Assembly: GCA_040222015.1 (NCBI GenBank)
Contig: JAVJWO010000093.1
Coordinates: forward strand, 1 to 35,832
Reading direction: 5' to 3'
Source: Coleofasciculus chthonoplastes F2-STO-03
Lineage (GTDB): Bacteria > Cyanobacteriota > Cyanobacteriia > Cyanobacteriales > Coleofasciculaceae
Length of the DNA: 35,832 nucleotides
Shown here: in pieces, positions 30,252 through 35,832 of the stretch
Numbering within the stretch: the stretch's first letter is position 1
Layout of the letters: each line of letters opens with the position of its first letter
The notes under the pieces: model-generated
Told to the model about the DNA's origin: nothing
Database searches by the model: none
What the model saw: only the letters and a program-made list of their open reading frames with translations
Translations under genes and position numbers: made by a program

Positions 30252-30300
30252 AGTATCGTTTTGGTAACTAGCTTACTTTAAAGTGCATACTTCCCATAAT
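30251..30300. promoter_or_regulatory. Divergent control region with candidate HxlR operator palindromes
   Basis: ACTTTAAAGT (30275-30284) and AAGT-GCAT-ACTT (30281-30292) between divergent hxlR and CDGSH-pirin. Confidence 0.5.
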
Positions 30301-30357
30301 AGCGGTATTGGTTTTATAGTTGAACTATACAAAACCTAATTGTTTGAGGAAATAGTG

Positions 30358-30594
30358 ATGAGCCATCCCAATATTGCCGATAAAAAGCCTGCGGTTTTAG
30401 AACTCGATCCGGGAACGTATTATTGGTGTCGTTGCGGTCATTATCAAAAACAACCTTTTTGTGATGGAGCCCATCAAGACACCGATTTTGCGCCATTATC
30501 TATGGAGATAAAAGAGAAACAACGAGTGGCTTTGTGTAATTGTAAATATACCAATAATCCTCCCTATTGTGATGGAACTCATAGCAAACTTTAA
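30358..30594 (+). CDS. CDGSH iron-sulfur protein with two CDGSH motifs
   Basis: CRCG...PFCDGAH and CNCK...PYCDGTH; GAGGA ribosome-binding site before ATG 30358. Confidence 0.93.
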   Translation: MSHPNIADKKPAVLELDPGTYYWCRCGHYQKQPFCDGAHQDTDFAPLSMEIKEKQRVALCNCKYTNNPPYCDGTHSKL

Positions 30595-30657
30595 ACTCTG
30601 TGTATACTTAATCCAGATGAGCTGAGGGTTATAGCAACAACAAAGGACAAATGACAA

Positions 30658-31356
30658 ATGATTAAGATTCGCAAATCTCAAGAACGAGGACATGCTAATC
30701 ATGGTTGGTTAGATACCTATCATACCTTTTCCTTTGCTAACTATTATGATGCAAATGCGATGGGATTTCGTACCCTGCGGGTGATTAATCAGGATCGGGT
30801 TAATCCGGGAGCAGGATTTGGTACTCACGGACATCGGGACATGGAAATTATTACTTATGTTTTAGATGGAGCGCTAGAACATAAAGATAGTATGGGGAAT
30901 GGTTCTGTGATTTATCCCGGTGATGTACAACGGATGAGTGCGGGAACAGGGATTCGTCATAGTGAATTTAATCATTCACAAACTGAACCCGTTCACTTAT
31001 TACAGATTTGGATTTTGCCCGATAAAAATGGACATCATCCTAGCTATGAACAGCATAACTTTGGCATCGCCAAGAATCCCGGACAGTTCCATTTAATTGC
31101 TTCAGGGGATGGTAGAGAAAACTCCCTGACGATTCATCAAGATGTAAACTTATATGCAGCCGTCTTGACAAAGCGCGATCGCATCACTCATTCTTTCCCA
31201 CCTCAACGCTATGGCTGGCTACAGGTAGCGCGAGGTACGATTACGGTGAACGGGTTAGCCTTAGAGTCAGGTGATGGTGCAGCTTTGAGTGAGGAAACGG
31301 ATGTGACAATAGCGGCGACAACCGATGCTGAAATTTTACTCTTCGATATCAGTTAA
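30658..31356 (+). CDS. Pirin family protein (YhhW-like)
   Basis: HGWLDTYHTFSF, GFGTHGHRDMEI, MSAGTGIRHSE, LLQIWI. Confidence 0.95.
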   Translation: MIKIRKSQERGHANHGWLDTYHTFSFANYYDANAMGFRTLRVINQDRVNPGAGFGTHGHRDMEIITYVLDGALEHKDSMGNGSVIYPGDVQRMSAGTGIRHSEFNHSQTEPVHLLQIWILPDKNGHHPSYEQHNFGIAKNPGQFHLIASGDGRENSLTIHQDVNLYAAVLTKRDRITHSFPPQRYGWLQVARGTITVNGLALESGDGAALSEETDVTIAATTDAEILLFDIS

Positions 31357-31424
31357 AATTAATCTAAGAGTTGCAAAGTTCACTAGATATCCCAAATAAT
31401 AAAAGCACGCGAGCTAAAATTAAG

Positions 31425-32324
31425 ATGGCACTTAAACCTTTAATCCAGTCTTCACTCAGGCAAGACTATCGCATTACACATCCTTATCATCGTCTGCGTT
31501 TATGGCTAGAAGGTCTGCGTAGCAAAGATAAGATTGTAATTTATCAAATGAGTAAGGTTGGCTCAACTACAATCTGGAAAAGTCTTGAGTCTTTAAATCT
31601 TGATATTCCCATTTATCATGTTCATACCCTAAGACATGAGCAGATCAGTAGAGCTATAGAAAGGGACAAAGCCAATTTTCCCAAACTACGCTTCATGTAT
31701 CCTGAAACCATTCACTCAGAATACTTGCGAAGTCAACTGGATCAAAAGAATATAATGCATCCTTGGAGTGTGATCACTCTGGTCAGAGATCCGGTTGCGA
31801 AAATATTATCGAGTTTTTTTCAGAACCTAGAAAGAGAATTTCTATTAGGACTTGATTATCGAAAAAAAATAAAAGTAGAAGGCGACACAAAAGTTTTGCA
31901 AGAAGTCATTGAAAGATTTTACCAAGAAAAGGTTGACAATTCCAGACGTAAACACCCATTTGAGTGGTTCAATTTTGAGTTGAAAGACAATTTGGATTTT
32001 GACATATTTGCTGAACCTTCCATAGCCGGGAGTAATTACTATATTTACAACACTAAGCTTGCCAGAATCCTTTTGTTAAATTTGGAATCTCTAAATGATT
32101 CATACCAGAGTGCCTTTCAAGAGTTCTTGGGACTCCAAAACGCTAATCTTGTTCAGGCTAATGTAGGTCTACAGAAGCGATATAAGAGTCTCTACAAAAG
32201 CTTTCTTAGGAATGTTGATTTGCCTGTTGATTATCTTGATGAAATCTATCAAACAGAATTGGTTAGGCACTTCTACTCAGAATCAGAGATTGAGCAATTT
32301 TATCAACGATGGACAAGATCTTAG
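31425..32324 (+). CDS. Putative capsular-polysaccharide-synthesis / sulfotransferase-like protein (NKWYS-type)
   Basis: IYQMSKVGSTT and ITLVRDPVAKILSSFFQN resemble sulfotransferase PAPS-binding motifs; AT-rich. Confidence 0.7.
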   Translation: MALKPLIQSSLRQDYRITHPYHRLRLWLEGLRSKDKIVIYQMSKVGSTTIWKSLESLNLDIPIYHVHTLRHEQISRAIERDKANFPKLRFMYPETIHSEYLRSQLDQKNIMHPWSVITLVRDPVAKILSSFFQNLEREFLLGLDYRKKIKVEGDTKVLQEVIERFYQEKVDNSRRKHPFEWFNFELKDNLDFDIFAEPSIAGSNYYIYNTKLARILLLNLESLNDSYQSAFQEFLGLQNANLVQANVGLQKRYKSLYKSFLRNVDLPVDYLDEIYQTELVRHFYSESEIEQFYQRWTRS

Positions 32325-32374
32325 GTTGAATGCCACTGACTTAAAGATGGTGGGCAATGCCCACCCTACTAGGC

Positions 32375-32467
32375 TGGCAAGCTTAAAGTTGTGGGTAAAA
32401 TTTTTCTGGATCGCTACTCTCATAAGGGTTCCTTGAAAATACTTGACCACTGTTTTAAGCTTGCCAA
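32375..32467. repeat. Long imperfect inverted repeat (possible second MITE family)
   Basis: tggcaagcttaaa ... tttaagcttgcca arms that extend imperfectly for about 30 bp. Confidence 0.65.
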
Positions 32468-32535
32468 GCTACTACGATAGATAAAGGGTTTTGGCGCTCC
32501 CCAAATGCTTATTTCAGTGCTATTCATCTTAGGTT

Positions 32536-32628
32536 GAATGGCACTGACTTAAAGCTGGGTTTGTAGTAGGCACTTTAGTGCCAGAAGCGCTAAAGCGCTG
32601 ACTACAAACTCTAAAGTCAGTGACATTC
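32536..32628. mobile_element. Intergenic copy of the 93-bp MITE-like element
   Basis: Near-identical to the reverse complement of 10398-10490. Confidence 0.88.
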
Positions 32629-32686
32629 GACTTAAGGCTGGTGGGTAATGCCCACCAGCATACCATCTGAATGCAAGCGTCATCCA

Positions 32687-33334
32687 TCAAATTAGGGGAT
32701 TACGCCATTGCTGGGCTATCTGTTGGAATAGTAAAGCCACTTTATCCAAATCTTTATCTCCCGGCGATCGCTCAACGCCACTGGATAGATCAATCCCATC
32801 GGGGTGCAATCGTTTCAACGCTTCGCCAATATTCTCTGGGGTTAAGCCGCCAGCCAGAAACCACGGTAAAGGGGGATTAAATTCAGCCAGCTTCTGCCAG
32901 TCAAGTGTCTTACCCGTACCCCCTAGCATCTGGGGATGATAAGCATCAAGTAACAAGGTATCGACACAACTGATATAGCGATCAGTTAACTGTAAATCTT
33001 CCGGCGTTTTCACCCTCAACGCTTTGATCAATTCAATCTCAGGCAGAAATTGCCGCAATTGGGTGCAAAATTCGGGGAATTCATTTCCATGAAGTTGAAT
33101 GCCGTTCAATCTGGCTTGGGCAACCGTGGCGCAGATTTCTTCAACGGAAGCGTTGGCAAATACGCCGATAGTATCCACCGATATCGTCAATGAGTCTACG
33201 ATCAATTTGATTTGATTGGGGGTGACGTACCGGGGGGAAGCGGGTACACATACGAATCCCAGGGCGGTTGCACCCTTTTGCGCGATCGCTTGTCCTTGTT
33301 CTGGTTTGGTAATGCCACAAATTTTAACCCGCAT
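32687..33334 (-). CDS. trpF: Phosphoribosylanthranilate isomerase
   Basis: [42 protein letters not shown]; start may be at 33346. Confidence 0.97.
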   Translation of the reverse strand: MRVKICGITKPEQGQAIAQKGATALGFVCVPASPRYVTPNQIKLIVDSLTISVDTIGVFANASVEEICATVAQARLNGIQLHGNEFPEFCTQLRQFLPEIELIKALRVKTPEDLQLTDRYISCVDTLLLDAYHPQMLGGTGKTLDWQKLAEFNPPLPWFLAGGLTPENIGEALKRLHPDGIDLSSGVERSPGDKDLDKVALLFQQIAQQWRNPLI

Positions 33335-33458
33335 CGATAGCCCCATTCTGGTTTTTTGGTCAAAATGTAAAATATTACAACATTTTATGAATTTTATCCC
33401 GATAATTCTTTATTATTTTTTCACTTGTATCGGTTTATCAAGATCAGGAGAATATACA

Positions 33459-33737
33459 ATGCTTAACACAACCTTACTCGCGGCGGTGCAATCGTCTGTA
33501 CCCTCAACCCCTAGCTGGACTCCCACTGTGGGGCTAGTGATGATTATCTGCAACTTGGTGGTACTGGTTGTCGGTTACTACGCGATTCAAAATCCGGGTG
33601 TGGGACCGGATTTACCCCTGCCCAAACCCGCTATTTTCAAGCGTTTCGGTGTGACCGAACTGTTGGCAACGGCTAGCTTAGGACACCTGGTTGGCGCTGG
33701 TGTGATCTTGGGACTGAGTAGCGCCGGGGCACTCTAA
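33459..33737 (+). CDS. psaK: Photosystem I subunit PsaK
   Basis: WTPTVGLVMIICNL ... LLATASLGHLVGAGVILGL; AGGAG ribosome-binding site before ATG 33459. Confidence 0.93.
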   Translation: MLNTTLLAAVQSSVPSTPSWTPTVGLVMIICNLVVLVVGYYAIQNPGVGPDLPLPKPAIFKRFGVTELLATASLGHLVGAGVILGLSSAGAL

Positions 33738-33770
33738 GTCGGGATTTCGAGATCCCTTCTTCCTTTGTCA

Positions 33771-33801
33771 GATCCCCAACTTCTTAAAGAAGCTGGGGAT
33801 C
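33771..33801 (+). terminator. Hairpin downstream of psaK (terminator or dispersed palindrome)
   Basis: gatccccaacttctt-a-aagaagctggggatc; no clear U-tract. Confidence 0.45.
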
Positions 33802-33880
33802 GAAAAGGTGATATTGTAGAATACGAATACTGAACAGTCAAGTACCCCTAGTCCAGGTAAACGTCACAGGAAGTAAAACC

Positions 33881-35083
33881 TTGATACAGTCAAATTGGCG
33901 AATTGGCTCATTATTCGGAATACCTTTCTTTATTGACCCGTCGTGGTTTTTTATCTTAGCCTTGGTAACCTTGCTCAAGGCGGGGAATTTTGATCCGAGT
34001 TTTCAGTCAATTTCCGCCTGGAGTCTGGGGTTGGTGATGGCGCTATTATTGTTTGCTTCGGTGTTATTGCATGAACTAGGGCATAGTTTAGTGGCCCGAT
34101 CGCAGGGAATTAAAGTCAATTCGATTACTCTGTTTATCTTTGGCGGCGTGGCGGCGATTGACCGTGAATCTCAGACGCCGGGGGATGCGTTCCAAGTCGC
34201 GATCGCAGGTCCTGGGGTTAGCCTCTGTCTGTTTGGTCTATTCTATGGGTTAACTCAGGTACTGCCTACGGAAAATCTGGGATATCTGGTGGCGGCGGAT
34301 CTGGCAAGAATTAATCTTGTATTAACCCTGTTTAATTTAATCCCCGGATTACCCCTCGATGGTGGACAAGTTCTCAAAGCGGCAATCTGGAAGCTGACAG
34401 GGAATCGCTTGCAAGGGGTGCGTTGGGCAGCACAGGCGGGTAAACTGATTGGCTTTTTAGCGATCGCGGTATCCGTAGGACTGGCGTTGTTAACTGGAGT
34501 ATGGACAGTCCTGTGGTTGGCGTTGATCGGCTCTTTTGTATATCGCAATGCCAATGCTTATGATCGCCTGACCATCTTACAAGAAGCCTTACTCCAGCTT
34601 AAATCTTCCGACGCCATGACCCACGATTTTCGAGTCCTGGATGCCACCATGAGCTTACGGTCTTTTGCGGAGGAGTACATTCTGGCAGATATTCAGACGA
34701 ATAAGCCGTATTATGCCGCGTCCGAGGGACGTTATCGCGGTTTAGTTAAGATTCAAGATTTACAAACAATCGAACGCAGTCGCTGGGACATGGAGTCCCT
34801 GGAGAGTCTGGTTCACCCGTTATCGGACATTACCACAGTTGAGGAGAAAACTCCGTTAATAGACGTAATTAATACTCTGGAAACCTGTCAGCTAAAGCAT
34901 CTGACCGTACTTTCTCCCGCAGGCGCGATCGCGGGTGTTATTGACCGAGGGGATATTGTCCGGGCGGTGGCAGGGCGTCTCAATTTACCGATTTCCCAGG
35001 AACAAATCCAGCAGATTAAGGCAGAGGGGAGTTATCCATCCTGGTTAAAGTTGTCTGCGATCGCTAAAGTTACAACGTCATAG
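33881..35083 (+). CDS. Site-2 protease (M50) with CBS domains
   Basis: HELGH, AIAGP, NLIPGLPLDGG; C-terminal CBS-like pair. Confidence 0.93.
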   Translation: MIQSNWRIGSLFGIPFFIDPSWFFILALVTLLKAGNFDPSFQSISAWSLGLVMALLLFASVLLHELGHSLVARSQGIKVNSITLFIFGGVAAIDRESQTPGDAFQVAIAGPGVSLCLFGLFYGLTQVLPTENLGYLVAADLARINLVLTLFNLIPGLPLDGGQVLKAAIWKLTGNRLQGVRWAAQAGKLIGFLAIAVSVGLALLTGVWTVLWLALIGSFVYRNANAYDRLTILQEALLQLKSSDAMTHDFRVLDATMSLRSFAEEYILADIQTNKPYYAASEGRYRGLVKIQDLQTIERSRWDMESLESLVHPLSDITTVEEKTPLIDVINTLETCQLKHLTVLSPAGAIAGVIDRGDIVRAVAGRLNLPISQEQIQQIKAEGSYPSWLKLSAIAKVTTS

Positions 35084-35140
35084 AAGGCAGAAGGCGGGGG
35101 TTAACTAACAGTCGGCAAATATCTAGACAATAATTGACAT

Positions 35141-35181
35141 AACTAGACATTTTTGATGATATAATACAGAAATGTCTAGTT
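35141..35181 (+). promoter_or_regulatory. Extended -10 promoter (TGaTATAAT, 35157-35165) enclosed by a perfect 12-bp inverted repeat
   Basis: aactagacattt (35141-35152) / aaatgtctagtt (35170-35181); ATG at 35172 lies 6 nt after the -10 box. Confidence 0.65.
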
Positions 35182-35391
35182 TGCCCCCCCAAGAAGCAGC
35201 TACTCGACTTTGTGTGACGGTCTTGCACGTTGCACCGATGGGAACTCAACGGCTCTCATTCGAGCTTCTCGGACGGCTGGTGATCCGGAGTCGATATGAT
35301 ATTGTTGACTTAATTGGTACATAAGGGAGTCGAAGTCATAAGCACAAAAAAAATAGTGGATGAACTGAGGGAGGTAGCCAAAAAGCGATGA
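35172..35391 (+). pseudogene. tnpA: IS607 serine-recombinase tnpA remnant (frameshifted, catalytic core deleted)
   Basis: Across frames: MSSLPPQEAATRLCVTV / TLHRWELNG / IRASRTAG / RYDIVDLIG (MerR-like HTH), joined directly to GSRSHKHKK / IVDELREVAKKR* (IS607 TnpA C-terminus). Confidence 0.85.
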
Positions 35392-35832
35392 CGACGATAA
35401 CTTATTGCAAAGGCTTGCCAACTCCCGCCGATGAACTTAACCCCATCGGTTTCACCGACTTGGAGATGTTTTTAACGTCATTGTCCGATATATTTTATCA
35501 AGCAACAGTTGAAACAGTTAACCATTTATTAAATAAAGAAGTTAACCCTTCGGCTTATCTCGACTCCGCTCGATACAAGTCGCTCAGGGTAAAATTTAAT
35601 CAATCCAGTTGGAATAGTCATATTCAAGAGACATACGGGTTGAGTAAGCGTTATGCTAACGGAGTAATTGCATTAGCTAAAGGAAAAACTGCCTCAGCCA
35701 AAGACTGTAGAAAAAGACAGATAAAGCAATTAAAATTACGAGTTCAGTCAGCGAAAGATTGGGTAGCCAGAGCCACAAAGAAAATTAAGTTGGCTCGGAA
35801 GTTCTATGGAAAAAAGAACTGGAAATCCTCCC
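35388..35832 (+). CDS. tnpB: TnpB-related protein of IS607 type, N-terminal part (runs off the window)
   Basis: ATGA overlap with the tnpA stop; open for 148 codons: MTTITYCKGLPTPADEL...WNSHIQETYGLSKRYANGVI...DCRKRQIKQLK; RuvC domain not visible in the window. Confidence 0.75.
   Translation, partial: MTTITYCKGLPTPADELNPIGFTDLEMFLTSLSDIFYQATVETVNHLLNKEVNPSAYLDSARYKSLRVKFNQSSWNSHIQETYGLSKRYANGVIALAKGKTASAKDCRKRQIKQLKLRVQSAKDWVARATKKIKLARKFYGKKNWKSS

Larger units (their letters stand above)
35096..35832 (+). mobile_element. IS607-family element, non-autonomous, truncated by the window edge
   Basis: G-run followed by phased (C/T)T(A/T)GACA motifs, a tnpA remnant and an overlapping tnpB-like ORF. 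Confidence 0.8.

Noticed and set aside
33365..33379. NtcA site upstream of psaK (TGTAAAATATTACA)
   Set aside because: Spacing is GTA-N6-TAC rather than N8. It may be another regulator's site, but I cannot assign it.
33216..33458. N-terminal extension of PsaK given by the ORF track
   Set aside because: Overlaps trpF on the opposite strand; a good ribosome-binding site and ATG at 33459 give a normal-sized PsaK.
5187..34554. Many short ORFs overlapping larger genes on the opposite strand or in another frame
   Set aside because: No motifs or independent start signals; best explained as shadows of real genes.
3989..35063. Frequent GCGATCGC octamers as a novel signal
   Set aside because: This is HIP1, a well-known cyanobacterial repeat; useful only as a taxonomic clue.
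35200..35421. 73-aa minus-strand ORF
   Set aside because: Antisense shadow of the tnpA remnant and tnpB start.

Overview
Chromosomal window from a cyanobacterium: it carries psaK, frequent HIP1 octamers (GCGATCGC) and heptamer tandem repeats. The repeat types suggest a filamentous oscillatorian, but that is inference. Housekeeping and accessory genes include a NACHT-HEAT NLR-like protein, a GH38 alpha-mannosidase, an Omp85 protein, ktrB/ktrA, dnaG, yraN, map, a P450, an HTH-AAA-cyclase-like fusion, DUF4388, hxlR-CDGSH-pirin, trpF, psaK and a site-2 protease. The ORF track misses four things: a CHAT gene 3' end, an ISAs1 remnant, a STAND-NTPase gene fragment, and an IS607-type element at the right edge whose tnpA is destroyed while its tnpB-like ORF stays open. 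The most notable signal is a set of small mobile repeats (MITE, REP-like, 24-nt modules). They sit in intergenic DNA and also in frame inside intact genes: three in the mannosidase (one with a 9-bp target duplication), one in a hypothetical gene, and a nested 24+24-nt insert in tnpB. One repeat arm is amplified into a 15 x 19-bp tandem array. All family assignments come from motif recognition by eye; no database search was run.
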